A stretch of 37,490 nt of DNA, taken from the IMG/VR virus record IMGVR_UViG_3300045974_000383, positions 1 to 37,490 of that record; one strand, given 5' to 3'. Source of the DNA: a virus (taxonomy: Duplodnaviria; Caudoviricetes). Shown piece after piece: positions 1 through 9,703 of this stretch; the first letter of the stretch is position 1; each line of letters begins with the position of its first letter. The notes beneath the pieces are model-generated. The model searched no databases. It was not told the DNA's origin and worked only from the letters and a program-made list of their open reading frames with translations. The position numbers were made by a program, and so were the translations under genes.

Positions 1-127
1 TAAGCAGACTTTGTAACGTATTGACCTATTGACGGCGGCATTGTGCCACTCTTAATCCAGTCAGCAACAAAAAATGAGTGTGACTGCGCTGTCTGCAAAG
101 ACATCGTATTGTAATAGAATGCAAAGT
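1..127. repeat. Terminal direct repeat (left copy); circular-assembly overlap
   Basis: 1-127 (taagcagact...aatgcaaagt) is identical to 37364-37490. 127 nt is a common assembler k-mer length, and an ORF reads through the junction. Confidence 0.97.
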
Positions 128-848
128 TCTGGAGTTGAAGTCCTCTGAACTGCGTTCCTGTTACATAATACGCACCAGTTCCGCTATCATACGGTGTTCC
201 TGCGCAAAACGCTGCTGACGGACGACAATCGCCGTTAGTTCCTACCACACCGTATGGAGCAGTTGACGAGTAGAGTATTCCATCAACAATCCACGAAAAA
301 TCTGACGGGTAAACAGTTGTAGCAGATGTTGGGTATCCGATGAAATTGACAACAAAGTGATGCCATATCTTGTCCTGAAATGCAGTTGCTTTTCCAGTTG
401 GCCCGAAGTCGATGTAACCTCCGCCGTTTCTTAAACTAAGAAGATAGCCATATGCGTTGTCAGTGTTGTATCTGAGGTGCAATCCACGTAGACCATCTAG
501 TTCTGCCATAGCCCAAATCCACTCTTCATTTCCACCTACTTGTCCCATCGCACCAGAATGAGCATTCATCCACCATTCTATTGCCCAAGGCTTATCAATA
601 CGTGGAACCCAAGTTGAACTAAGGTTTGGATACTTGACGTTGTAGATAGATGATGTGTTGAATGGAATGACAAGAGTTGAACTCAACTGCTCGCTTAGCC
701 ACACGTTTCCTGCTTGAGTAGAACCTGTCGAGTAGACACCGGAGTTAGTAGCAGTTACAGAGGCAATAGCAATGTTGACAGAACCTGTAGCGAGAGTTAA
801 AACCTCGACAGCTCCATCAGCAACACACATGTCAAGATATGATGCCAC
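1..848 (-). CDS. 5' part of tandem LamG/ConA-like domain virion protein (continues at 37490->36007; ~734 aa in total)
   Basis: Manual translation from GTG at 848, directly after the adaptor stop: MASYLDMCVADGA...WAIEWWMN...IWHHFVVNF...FAFYYNTMSLQTAQSH. It is open and in frame with the 36007-37467 ORF across the junction. The ORF track missed it. Confidence 0.88.
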   Translation of the reverse strand, partial: MASYLDMCVADGAVEVLTLATGSVNIAIASVTATNSGVYSTGSTQAGNVWLSEQLSSTLVIPFNTSSIYNVKYPNLSSTWVPRIDKPWAIEWWMNAHSGAMGQVGGNEEWIWAMAELDGLRGLHLRYNTDNAYGYLLSLRNGGGYIDFGPTGKATAFQDKIWHHFVVNFIGYPTSATTVYPSDFSWIVDGILYSSTAPYGVVGTNGDCRPSAAFCAGTPYDSGTGAYYVTGTQFRGLQLQNFAFYYNTMSLQTAQSHSFFVADWIKSGTMPPSIGQYVTKSA

Positions 849-1952
849 TTAGTACAAACCCCCTCCGGTAAAGCCCTGGTTTCCAGTCTGCCAGTAGTTG
901 CTGTACTGGGTATCTGATACTGTCATTGGATTTCCTGCGTCTCTGTTTGCAGCTGCTGCTTCAATACGCTGGATGAGTGCCATCTTCTGCTGCTGTAGCA
1001 CAGTGACGTCGCTCTCTTCCTTCTGCATTGCCTTAATGGCAGCATCCACGATGATGTATTCCGTCCATCCAGACACACCGTCAGCTACTCCAGACCATAG
1101 GTTATTGCGTATAGGATTGATGGTGATGTTTGATGTTGAGTTAACATCCCAGTGAATGTTCTTTGAGTTGTTAGAGTGAAGATAAATCTTTGCGTCACCT
1201 GTTCCTGCTGTATACTCAGCGATGTCATATGAACTTGACAACATGCCATTGTAGTAGTTTCCAACCATTGACGAAGCTATTGTCGGGATGTCATAACCTT
1301 GACCCCATGTGTACGTATTCTGCCACTGAGCAATATCAGTTATAAACATTGCTTGGTCGTCATACGCCAAGAATGTAGAATACGAACCAATTCCAGCGCT
1401 AACTGAAATACTCATTGTTGCTGCTGATACCATTTCTACTGGTCTAGGAATATACCAGTATCTGATGTTTTGACCAGCTGATGGAAGTGGAGTAAACAAA
1501 AGATTATCACCATTCAAGCGGTAACGAAGATTTGTCAAACCATAGAATGACTGCATGTTAGGAACAGCATACTTGTTACGCTCTGCAAAATTGAAAGGCT
1601 TGATCGTGAAATACGCTTCAGGAGATCCACCAGCAAGTTGCAAATCTACACCAAGCAATTTGTAAAAGTCAGGAACTCCTGGTGGATATGACGTCTGTCC
1701 GTCAACAAACATTGCTCCTGAAAGTTGTCCTCTAAGAAGCGGGTACTGCGATGACGATCCATCTGTGGTGAAGCTTGCTGACTTGACGTAATAGTTGTCA
1801 CCATACTTCTGGATCAAGAGGTCATACAACTCAAAATAGCTCTGGTTGATGTACCCATCAAGCTCTGGATCAGTGATGAACTGGCTGTTGACAATGTCAG
1901 CCCTTTCACGAACCTTTGTCCTGATCTCATCAAGTGTCATAACTGTTCCCAT
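849..1952 (-). CDS. Head-tail adaptor / tail tubular A-like protein
   Basis: N-terminus TLDEIRTKVRERAD...ELDGYINQSYFELYDLL is typical of podoviral adaptors, and it lies after the capsid cluster. Start moved to ATG 1952 because AGGAGG sits upstream and the track start (1979) is inside a terminator. Confidence 0.7.
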   Translation of the reverse strand: MGTVMTLDEIRTKVRERADIVNSQFITDPELDGYINQSYFELYDLLIQKYGDNYYVKSASFTTDGSSSQYPLLRGQLSGAMFVDGQTSYPPGVPDFYKLLGVDLQLAGGSPEAYFTIKPFNFAERNKYAVPNMQSFYGLTNLRYRLNGDNLLFTPLPSAGQNIRYWYIPRPVEMVSAATMSISVSAGIGSYSTFLAYDDQAMFITDIAQWQNTYTWGQGYDIPTIASSMVGNYYNGMLSSSYDIAEYTAGTGDAKIYLHSNNSKNIHWDVNSTSNITINPIRNNLWSGVADGVSGWTEYIIVDAAIKAMQKEESDVTVLQQQKMALIQRIEAAAANRDAGNPMTVSDTQYSNYWQTGNQGFTGGGLY

Positions 1953-1966
1953 TGCTAACCTCCTAG

Positions 1967-2005
1967 AAAAAACGCCCATTGCAAGTCATATGCAATGGGC
2001 GCGTT
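1967..2005 (-). terminator. Rho-independent terminator after the head gene cluster
   Basis: Stem cgcccattgca/tgcaatgggcg followed by a T6 tract on the minus strand. Confidence 0.85.
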
Positions 2006-2018
2006 TAACTCGTAGCTA

Positions 2019-2267
2019 TTACTCTTCCTCGGCTTCGTTTGGTCCCTCAGTGTGAGGTTGTGCCTCACAAAGTTCCCAGAATGACTTTAGAGCATCTGCA
2101 AGGGCGTCTGAGTCATTGTTGTGAATGGCCTCAATAACCTCTGCTGATGCTGCGGAAAGCCCTGCACCTTCATCCTGCTCCTCTGCAACAGGCTCTGCAG
2201 CTTCATCCTTACCGTTGAATGCAAGGATTGCTGACGCCATCTTCTTTTTAGCTCCTGGAATTATCAT
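2019..2267 (-). CDS. Small acidic hypothetical protein (head cluster)
   Basis: 82-aa ORF, AAGGA RBS, in operon. Confidence 0.7.
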   Translation of the reverse strand: MIIPGAKKKMASAILAFNGKDEAAEPVAEEQDEGAGLSAASAEVIEAIHNNDSDALADALKSFWELCEAQPHTEGPNEAEEE

Positions 2268-2276
2268 GACGTATCC

Positions 2277-2681
2277 TTACATTGAAGCAGTTAGAACAAC
2301 TGTGTTTGAGAAGCTAGAAGATCCATTTCGTAGATCGATGACCTGATACTGAAGTGTGAATACACTGTCACCAGCAATACGTTCAACTCCTAACACTCCT
2401 GAGTTGATCTTTGTGCTGATGTTTGTAAACAGGTCAATTTCAACAGGAATGCTGCATGTAGTAGCAGTTCCACCTGGAGTAAGTCCAAGCACTGGATTAA
2501 GTGCTGTCCACTGAGGAGTTACGTTAGATGTTCCGAACTTGCTTCCTGAGCTATTCACAAGTGGGAAGATGTTGTACACGCTTGAAGATACAGTCGATCC
2601 AGAGATTGTTAGCGTACCCTGGAATGTCTGCCCTTGTCTTGTAACGAGCGGTGTGATTGAAAGCGATGCGCTTGATCCCAT
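2277..2681 (-). CDS. Putative virion decoration protein, beta-rich/Ig-like
   Basis: GGAGG RBS; S/T/V/G-rich beta-strand pattern; C-terminus SNTVVLTAS resembles the neighbouring gene. Confidence 0.6.
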   Translation of the reverse strand: MGSSASLSITPLVTRQGQTFQGTLTISGSTVSSSVYNIFPLVNSSGSKFGTSNVTPQWTALNPVLGLTPGGTATTCSIPVEIDLFTNISTKINSGVLGVERIAGDSVFTLQYQVIDLRNGSSSFSNTVVLTASM

Positions 2682-2692
2682 GACTGCCTCCT

Positions 2693-3094
2693 TTACTTAA
2701 CAGATGAAGCAGTTACGTAGACAGTGTTTGACACAGCATTTGCAGGAGTTGTACTCTCAAAGCATATGCAAGATACGCCGAATACGCCAGAGCCTAGAAC
2801 CTGCTGACTTCCTGCTGCACCGTACGTTCCAGTTGTTGGTCCGTGAAGAACAACAGTAAATGGATATGTACCGGTTGTTGATGTGTTGAGTAGTGACGTT
2901 CCTAGAGGCAAGCCGACATACACTGGGCTTACTGCAGCAGAGCATGCACCGCTGTCAGCACCACCAGAAACAATTACCTTGACAGAGTTGAGAGTATAGT
3001 TTGCGCTAGCAGAAACAAATAGCACAAAGTTCAATGGCTCTCCGATCTGAACGCTGGTTACAGTTGGACCAGCAAGTGTTGGTTGAATAGCCAT
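2693..3094 (-). CDS. Putative virion decoration protein, beta-rich/Ig-like
   Basis: AAGGAG RBS; S/T/V/G-rich; C-terminus SNTVYVTAS. Confidence 0.6.
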   Translation of the reverse strand: MAIQPTLAGPTVTSVQIGEPLNFVLFVSASANYTLNSVKVIVSGGADSGACSAAVSPVYVGLPLGTSLLNTSTTGTYPFTVVLHGPTTGTYGAAGSQQVLGSGVFGVSCICFESTTPANAVSNTVYVTASSVK

Positions 3095-3106
3095 GTTCTA
3101 TTCTCC

Positions 3107-3574
3107 TTATGCTGCGCTCGAGTTGCCGAACGTAAACGTGAATAGACCACGCTCACCAGCAGCAGGATCTGCAGCGACTGAACCTGAGTTCATGCACTGG
3201 ATTGTAACCTGAGCACCAGCAGTTAGCTGGATGTTTGTGACAGAAGCGCTCTGAGCAGTAACGCCAGAAACGTACGTGATAGGAGCAGCAACGGCTGTTC
3301 CTGAAGGCGATACGAATGTGACGTGAGTATTCAGAAGACGCTGGTAGTTGTCGTTGAATACGAATGTGTAGTTACCAGCAGAGTTGCGAGTTACGCTCTT
3401 GACACCCTTGAATCCGTTGGTTGCCGAAGCATAAGCTGTTGGCGAGCCAGGGCCAACTGAGCCCCAGGATTCAAGAGTTGGTGCACCGGTTGTTCCGATG
3501 AACACAGTCGCGTAGATATCAACGATCTGCTTTTCAAGCGCAAGACGGAACTGGTTATAAAAACGATTTGCCAT
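3107..3574 (-). CDS. Putative capsid decoration/minor structural protein
   Basis: First gene after the major capsid; AAGGAG RBS; GVKSVTRNSAGNYTFVF beta motif seen in phage structural proteins. Confidence 0.6.
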   Translation of the reverse strand: MANRFYNQFRLALEKQIVDIYATVFIGTTGAPTLESWGSVGPGSPTAYASATNGFKGVKSVTRNSAGNYTFVFNDNYQRLLNTHVTFVSPSGTAVAAPITYVSGVTAQSASVTNIQLTAGAQVTIQCMNSGSVAADPAAGERGLFTFTFGNSSAA

Positions 3575-3747
3575 GATATGTGTCTCCTTTGACTACAGGG
3601 CGGAGTTTATACGAGCAGGGCGGGCCCCTCCGTTGCTCGGGATACTATGATTAGCTCCATCGGGTCATGCTCCCTCGCAAGGAACAGTGGAGCAGGACCC
3701 TGTGCAGCTGTCTAGGACTTATTGGCATGCCTAGACCACAACATTAC

Positions 3748-4977
3748 TTAGGCGCTCAGAGCGACGTAAGCATTCCAACCTGGAGCATTTGTTGCCAGGT
3801 TTGCGTAGTAGCCAACGCGAACTTCACCAGCGTCTGCGTTGTACACGCGGAGCATCTCGAGACCATCGCCGTAGCGAAGGATCTGAGGAGCATCACCGAG
3901 AGACTCAAGCACCCAGGTGTTCATCTGGAGCAGGTAAGCGGTGAAGCCAGGGCAGTTACGGTCAGGGAATACCTTGATCTGGCTGTTTGCACCGTTGATC
4001 ATGATACCGCGGAACGCGATGTTTGCAGGACCCTTGACATCGACATACTGGACCTTCGAACCGAGCGACTTCTCAAGAGCACCATAGCTGGCGAATGAGA
4101 GGACGCAGTGGTCAGGCTTACCACCTTCACGAGCGACAAGAGCGGACGCATCGATGAGAGCTTCCTCGATGGACTGCGCTGAACCGTCGTAACGGACGCC
4201 ACCAAGACGTACAGTGTCAACAGAGCGGTCGACGCCGTAGAATGGAGTGGAGGTAGGAGCAGTAGCAGGCAGCCAAGCAGCAAGACCAGAGATCTTGGCG
4301 TTGAGGTCGCCCTGAACGGAGATGAAGTCGTTCTGAGCCCAAGCTGTTGGGTCGGCAGCTGCGCCACCCAGAGACTGAGCGAAGGTTACCGTACCAGCAG
4401 TGCGGTCAACGGCGACAACATAGCCTAGACCTGCACGAGTGGTGCCACCACCGTCTGTCGAGTTAGCCTGACAGACCATGTTGACTTCGAACTGCACGAC
4501 CGAGTTAGGGTCGGTGAGTGTAACCTTACCAGAGGTTGAACCCATTGCGTTCGAGATCTTGCCAATCGTACCAGTGCCCGAGCGGAACAGGGAAGATGCG
4601 AGAGATAGAGTGATTGAGCGGATTGCGCCGTCGATCAGGACCTTGGAGCCTTCAAGGAACGACATCTTGTCGGTCTTGGAAGCAAGCATGGTCTGGTTGT
4701 CGATGGTTGCAATGCTGTAGTCCGTCTTGCGGGTAAGCAGGAAGGACTCAATCTGCACTGGTGACTGGTTAGCCTGAGCGTTAGCAAAGGTAGCCGAACG
4801 GCCCTGTGATGCACCAGTGATGATTGGGATTGGACGATACTTGCCACCGAAGTCAGTCTTCTTCTTGACTAGAGCGAGCAGGGGGTTGTCCGAATAAACG
4901 AGGTTCTCAACGACTTGGCCGTTGTAAAGCTCCTTAAGCGCAGAGTTCATCGCTGTAAGGTCGAGGGTAGTACCCAT
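3748..4977 (-). CDS. Major capsid protein (HK97 fold inferred)
   Basis: 409 aa, after portal and scaffold; strong codon bias (C-ending codons) expected of the most abundant virion protein; AAGGAG RBS. Confidence 0.85.
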   Translation of the reverse strand: MGTTLDLTAMNSALKELYNGQVVENLVYSDNPLLALVKKKTDFGGKYRPIPIITGASQGRSATFANAQANQSPVQIESFLLTRKTDYSIATIDNQTMLASKTDKMSFLEGSKVLIDGAIRSITLSLASSLFRSGTGTIGKISNAMGSTSGKVTLTDPNSVVQFEVNMVCQANSTDGGGTTRAGLGYVVAVDRTAGTVTFAQSLGGAAADPTAWAQNDFISVQGDLNAKISGLAAWLPATAPTSTPFYGVDRSVDTVRLGGVRYDGSAQSIEEALIDASALVAREGGKPDHCVLSFASYGALEKSLGSKVQYVDVKGPANIAFRGIMINGANSQIKVFPDRNCPGFTAYLLQMNTWVLESLGDAPQILRYGDGLEMLRVYNADAGEVRVGYYANLATNAPGWNAYVALSA

Positions 4978-5003
4978 GATGTTTTGTTCTCCTTAAAAAG
5001 GGG

Positions 5004-5924
5004 TTAGTGTTGCGTATCTAGAGCAGCCATTGCTCTCTTGAATCTATCCTCTTCGAACTGATCGTTGTTGAGGAATGATGGTGATGCGTTGGCTGTCATT
5101 TCATTGCTGAGCGTCTTACTTGTGCTCTTCTCTTGCTTAGGTTCCCCTTCACTGGGCTTCTTGGGTGCTGCCCTCGCTTGGAACTTCTTGCTCGCTAGGT
5201 TCTTCTGTACCTGATCTTCCAGATACTTCTCCACCATATCTGCTGCTTCGGCAAAGCTTAGAACCTTCTGCGTCGCTGTGAAGTGTTCTTCCATTACCTG
5301 CGGCACGAGGTGGTGAGCCTCGTTTACATTCGTGAGTTCATATGTCTCGGCATGAGACTTTACAAACTCAATCGCGTCCGAATGAAACTTCTGGACAAGA
5401 GCTGCCTCCCTGTCCTGTTGAGCCTTTACGGCTGCTTCCTTCTCTGCCTTTAGCTCAGCACGAAGCTGAGCAACTTCAGAGCTAACTGCCTGTTGTGCCA
5501 GTTTGGGACTGTCACCACCCTTCAAGACGTATTCTGTAAGCTTCTCGTACCAGTCGTCGCCCCAGAGCTGCTTTGCTATTGCCTCTGGATTCTGCGCTGC
5601 TAGAAGCTTAGAGTTTTCGTACTCCTGAATCTTCTTTTCTTTCTCAACTAGTTCTGCTTCCTTCGCCTTAAGCTTGCCTTGAGCGTCTAGAGCACTACGT
5701 TCCTTCTTCGCTAGAGCTACAAACTTTGATGCTGTCTTATCTTCTACAACTGCCGGCTTCACCTCCTCTTTTGGCTTTTCTAGAGGAACTTCAGCGGTAG
5801 CTGCGGCCTTCGCTGGTGCACCCTCCAATGCGGCTAATGCCGCCTCCATACTTCCTGGGATGGGTCCCTGCGGTGTGGCCGCAGCTACCGGTGCTGCTGT
5901 TGTGGTTGTTGTTTCAGTTGACAT
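5004..5924 (-). CDS. Capsid scaffolding protein
   Basis: Charged, helical E/K/A-rich 306-aa protein between portal and capsid, with the typical short C-terminal helix (EEDRFKRAMAAL). Confidence 0.75.
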   Translation of the reverse strand: MSTETTTTTAAPVAAATPQGPIPGSMEAALAALEGAPAKAAATAEVPLEKPKEEVKPAVVEDKTASKFVALAKKERSALDAQGKLKAKEAELVEKEKKIQEYENSKLLAAQNPEAIAKQLWGDDWYEKLTEYVLKGGDSPKLAQQAVSSEVAQLRAELKAEKEAAVKAQQDREAALVQKFHSDAIEFVKSHAETYELTNVNEAHHLVPQVMEEHFTATQKVLSFAEAADMVEKYLEDQVQKNLASKKFQARAAPKKPSEGEPKQEKSTSKTLSNEMTANASPSFLNNDQFEEDRFKRAMAALDTQH

Positions 5925-5963
5925 GCTATCCTCTCTATATAGTTGGTCTGTTCTTGAAAAGCA

Positions 5964-7811
5964 TTACTGTGCTGCTGGGGGCGCTTGAGGAGGTGCTGCT
6001 TGAGCTTCTGGTGGAGGTGGCGGATTTGCTTCTGCCATGAGAGCCTGAGCTTGTCCAATGAATCTACGGAGCAGTTCAAGCTTCTCTTCTTCTAGACCGT
6101 TGCACTTACCATGCTGGTAGGCCTTCAAACCTAACTCCATTGCCATTACGAGGTCGTCGAAAGGCTCTGGTGGAGTGTATTCTCCATCGTCCACAATGGA
6201 TTCAATGACTGACTCCAGGTGCTCTTCTGCAGCACCGTCCAGCATCTCTGCTGCTTCTAGATCTGGGAAGTCCATCAGCTTGCGGCCCTGACGCTGCGTT
6301 AGCCACCCACCCTGCACATACTCAGAGATTGTCTGGAGACGACCGGCTGGGTCGTTAGGAAGAGAGCTGACAGGGTACACCTGCATGACGTATTCATCGT
6401 CTTCCATCTTGACATCTTGCCAGTCGATGGTATCAATGAACTTCTTCGTTGGAGCCTTGACGTCGTAACCCTTACGGCCCTTTGCGATATCTTTTACGCA
6501 GTCGATAGAGAGCTTGGCAAGATCTATGTAGAAACGCTCATAGTTCTGACCGATGTTCATGAAGCGCTCTGTCTCGATATCATTGAACTCACGAAGAGCC
6601 TTACCAGAGTTTAGACCTGCTGGCTTCTGGCTGTTAGCTGACAACATGCTGATACCAGCCTGCTCGTACGCAGACTGCTTCAACGTTGTCAGGTGAGCAA
6701 AGATTTCTGGTTGGACCATCGGAGGAAGAATGTAGTCTGGCTTTGTACCAGAATACTTGATGATTGCTCCGATATCATTGTTCAGATGCTCCGGAACCAC
6801 CTTTGAACTATTCTCAAGGAGGATTTTGAACGTACCTGCAAGATGGAACGATCTCTGGATGACCCAGAGGAGCTTGTTGATTTCTGACTGGATAGACTGG
6901 AGCTGCTCCGCAAGACCTTGACCCCAGAAGCCGTAGAGACGCTTTGACCAGTGGAGGAAGGCGAACGGGAAGTAGTCGTGCTTCCAGTCTTCCTCAAAGA
7001 GGCAGTGGCCTTCGATTGTGATGAGGTGCTTGCCATCTGTTGCTCCAGGTCCGCTGGGAAGGTGCCATGATTCACGAACTTGCACCATATCAGCAATGTT
7101 TGGGTAGGTCTGTGTATCGTCTGCCTTGGCTCTATTTGCGTCAATGATTGCCTGATAACTATCTTTATCTTCTCCGAACAGGTCTAGGAGCATTTCTCTG
7201 TCGACGTTCTTTGCTCTGTGCATCTGGCGTGGGAAGCCATAGAAGCCTTCAATCTCGTCAACGTAGAGCTCGCTGGGGATGACTCGTTCCCATGCACATC
7301 TACCGTTCTTTTCGAAAACGTGGATAATGCCTGTTCCAAAGACCGCCGCGTCGCGGAATGCGCTTGTTCCAATGTCATAGGCGTCCGTTTCATAGAATAG
7401 ACCCTCAACAAACTTGTTCAAGCGCTTAGCACGCTTCTGCTGGCGATAGTCTCCTCCGCTGGTAAGGAAGAGTGGCTTCGGCTTGTTCTTGGCAATCTTA
7501 GCAGTGATGGTATCAATGCATGACTGGACAACGTTGAAAGAGATACGATCCTTGACACCACCAGACTGGACAGAAGCCATCTTGTTGTAGCTGAGACCAT
7601 TGATACCCATCATGGCAAGGTTACCATAGAGCCTGGAGCTGATGAGGTACTGAGTGAGTCGTGCTCCCTGGTGCTGATGGAGATAGCCCATGGTGGCAGT
7701 TATACCAGCCGCAGCTTCATCAGGGTCCTCTGCAAGCCACCAACGACGCTGGTGAGTTGACATTCCCTCTTCTGGACCGTCCTTGCTGAACTGCGTAAAA
7801 TCAATCGACAT
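5964..7811 (-). CDS. Portal protein
   Basis: 615 aa, downstream of TerL; motifs NVVQSCIDTITAKI, DAAVFGTG, FWGQGLAEQL, SGKALREF; Pro/Gln-rich C-terminus. Confidence 0.85.
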   Translation of the reverse strand: MSIDFTQFSKDGPEEGMSTHQRRWWLAEDPDEAAAGITATMGYLHQHQGARLTQYLISSRLYGNLAMMGINGLSYNKMASVQSGGVKDRISFNVVQSCIDTITAKIAKNKPKPLFLTSGGDYRQQKRAKRLNKFVEGLFYETDAYDIGTSAFRDAAVFGTGIIHVFEKNGRCAWERVIPSELYVDEIEGFYGFPRQMHRAKNVDREMLLDLFGEDKDSYQAIIDANRAKADDTQTYPNIADMVQVRESWHLPSGPGATDGKHLITIEGHCLFEEDWKHDYFPFAFLHWSKRLYGFWGQGLAEQLQSIQSEINKLLWVIQRSFHLAGTFKILLENSSKVVPEHLNNDIGAIIKYSGTKPDYILPPMVQPEIFAHLTTLKQSAYEQAGISMLSANSQKPAGLNSGKALREFNDIETERFMNIGQNYERFYIDLAKLSIDCVKDIAKGRKGYDVKAPTKKFIDTIDWQDVKMEDDEYVMQVYPVSSLPNDPAGRLQTISEYVQGGWLTQRQGRKLMDFPDLEAAEMLDGAAEEHLESVIESIVDDGEYTPPEPFDDLVMAMELGLKAYQHGKCNGLEEEKLELLRRFIGQAQALMAEANPPPPPEAQAAPPQAPPAAQ

Positions 7812-8051
7812 TTATAATCCCTCCTCTCTCTGTGTCTTCATCTGATCGTAATACGGAGATGATCTATATAGGAACTCGTCTTCAGTTGGCATAGCCTCAT
7901 CACCCTGAAGTGGAACAGTAGTCTCTGGCAGATACTCCTGGAAGGCGATAGGAGAGAGCTCAACCTCTAGATTGCCAAGTTTGACTTTGTGGACACGTTC
8001 CTTCTTCATGTACTCTACAAGCTCATCCAATTCCCAAATCTTCATAGCCAA
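7812..8051 (-). CDS. Hypothetical protein between TerL and portal
   Basis: 79-aa ORF coupled to both neighbours. Confidence 0.65.
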   Translation of the reverse strand: MAMKIWELDELVEYMKKERVHKVKLGNLEVELSPIAFQEYLPETTVPLQGDEAMPTEDEFLYRSSPYYDQMKTQREEGL

Positions 8052-9508
8052 TCTCCTGAGTCAGGAAGACCTTCCCTGACGTATCCCATTTCCTCTTCCA
8101 TGCGTTGGTGCATATCAAGAGCTGCTTGCTCAAGTTCGCTTGCAATCTCTTCTGGAGACTTCTGCATACCCTTGTACCATTCTTTTGTTCCTGGAGCAGC
8201 ACGTAGCTTGATTTCTGTATTCAAGTAGCTGTAACAATAGCGCCACATGTATAGACAAGCGTCTGACAAGTGGTTATCACAGGCAGCATTCTCCATACGC
8301 TGTCCTTTACGATCATCCCAGATCAGGTTAGCCCACTCTTCATACAGAGGTTCAAGACCTGGTCCGAGTTTTATCTTTCCCATCGTAAGCTCAGCATTCA
8401 TGATTTCAATGAAGTCCTGTTTGCCAGCTCTATCAGACACACGCAAAGAGACAGAGTGCCTGTTCTCCATTTCAGCCAGAGCCTGCTTGTTAGCTCCGTC
8501 TACCACGTTGACGTCAATGTTATAACGTGATCCGAACCACTTAATCTTGTTTGCAACGTCTGTGATATCCATTTGGGTCTGTTTGTAGCATTCAATGACA
8601 TAAAGATTAGGGTCATGTTCGTGGTATGCTCCAAGAACAAATGCTGAATCGTCGTTGTATCCAAGGTCGATCCCGAGGACGTAGGACCAGTTTCCATGGA
8701 GATAACTGGGGAGAGCTTGGAATTGATTTCTGTCACTGCGGAACCTATAGACAAGCTTGTCTGACTCGATGACCCATTCACCGAGGTAGTGCTGCTTGAA
8801 GAGTGGCGTCTCCATGAAGAGGGGACGTGTGTCCTTGATCTGCTTGAGCTCCTTAGCCCACTGCTTCTTCATGTAAGGATTGTCTTTGGTCGTCCAGCGG
8901 TGAAGAGACCAACCTGGCTCCTTGCCATTTGTTATGTCGTAGAAAAGACCACGAGTAAGGTTACCAGGAGTCCCAATAAGACACACAGTACCGTTAGCAT
9001 CAGCAACAGCGGGCTTAAGCACACCATACACAAGCTCGTTAAGGTCAGTTCCGAAAGATGCTGCCTCATCCACCATAGCAATCTGATACTTCTGTCCGAG
9101 GAGTTTGGCCTTCTGGCTTTCATCTGTGTCCATTCCTACAAGGTAGATGACAGATCCATTTGGGAAATAAGCTGCAAGCTCTGTTTCCTGAAAACGAATT
9201 CCGAGTTTATATTTTCTGGCAATGGCCTTAAGGACGTCTCTCCACATGATCCGCTTGGCTGACTCTCGAGTAAGAGCGACATAGAGGCACGTAGAATGAG
9301 GGTGGTCAAGAGCTTCCTGGACAAGATAGAGTCCAGCGCCATAGGACTTGCCTGCTCTACGTGTACAGATTGCAGCCTTGAGAGGCGCAGGATCTGTGAC
9401 AAAGTCAGTCTGAGCTTTGAACTCATGATCTAGAAGGACCTTCGGCCTGCCTGCTCCACGGCGCTCAAGCTCACGTATGGCTTCTGCTGGGGAGAAGGCA
9501 GGCTGCAA
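8042..9508 (-). CDS. terL: Terminase large subunit
   Basis: Walker A CTRRAGKS, Walker B AMVDEAA, motif III IGTP, RNase H-like nuclease motif LGIDLGYND and C-terminal DNHLSDA. TTG start is uncertain. Confidence 0.93.
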   Translation of the reverse strand: MQPAFSPAEAIRELERRGAGRPKVLLDHEFKAQTDFVTDPAPLKAAICTRRAGKSYGAGLYLVQEALDHPHSTCLYVALTRESAKRIMWRDVLKAIARKYKLGIRFQETELAAYFPNGSVIYLVGMDTDESQKAKLLGQKYQIAMVDEAASFGTDLNELVYGVLKPAVADANGTVCLIGTPGNLTRGLFYDITNGKEPGWSLHRWTTKDNPYMKKQWAKELKQIKDTRPLFMETPLFKQHYLGEWVIESDKLVYRFRSDRNQFQALPSYLHGNWSYVLGIDLGYNDDSAFVLGAYHEHDPNLYVIECYKQTQMDITDVANKIKWFGSRYNIDVNVVDGANKQALAEMENRHSVSLRVSDRAGKQDFIEIMNAELTMGKIKLGPGLEPLYEEWANLIWDDRKGQRMENAACDNHLSDACLYMWRYCYSYLNTEIKLRAAPGTKEWYKGMQKSPEEIASELEQAALDMHQRMEEEMGYVREGLPDSGDWL

Positions 9509-9514
9509 GGTAGA

Positions 9515-9703
9515 TTACCAACCCTTTGCTTTGAATGCAGCCTGAGTGGCTGTGTAAGTTGGAGCAACGGCATCCAGGAAGGTCTGGACATTGACCCAAC
9601 AGTTAGGGCAGACGTCTAGGTCCTTGAGTTGCTGGAAGGTAAGCTTCTGAGTGTCAGACTTTAGAAGTCCGCAGATGTCGCAGTATGTATCAGGGTGTAC
9701 CAT
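9515..9703 (-). CDS. Small zinc-finger protein
   Basis: CDIC...CPNC, GAGG RBS. Confidence 0.6.
   Translation of the reverse strand: MVHPDTYCDICGLLKSDTQKLTFQQLKDLDVCPNCWVNVQTFLDAVAPTYTATQAAFKAKGW

Noticed and set aside
1-127. Biological terminal repeat
   Set aside because: It is exactly 127 nt and falls mid-gene, so an assembler k-mer overlap of a circular contig explains it better.
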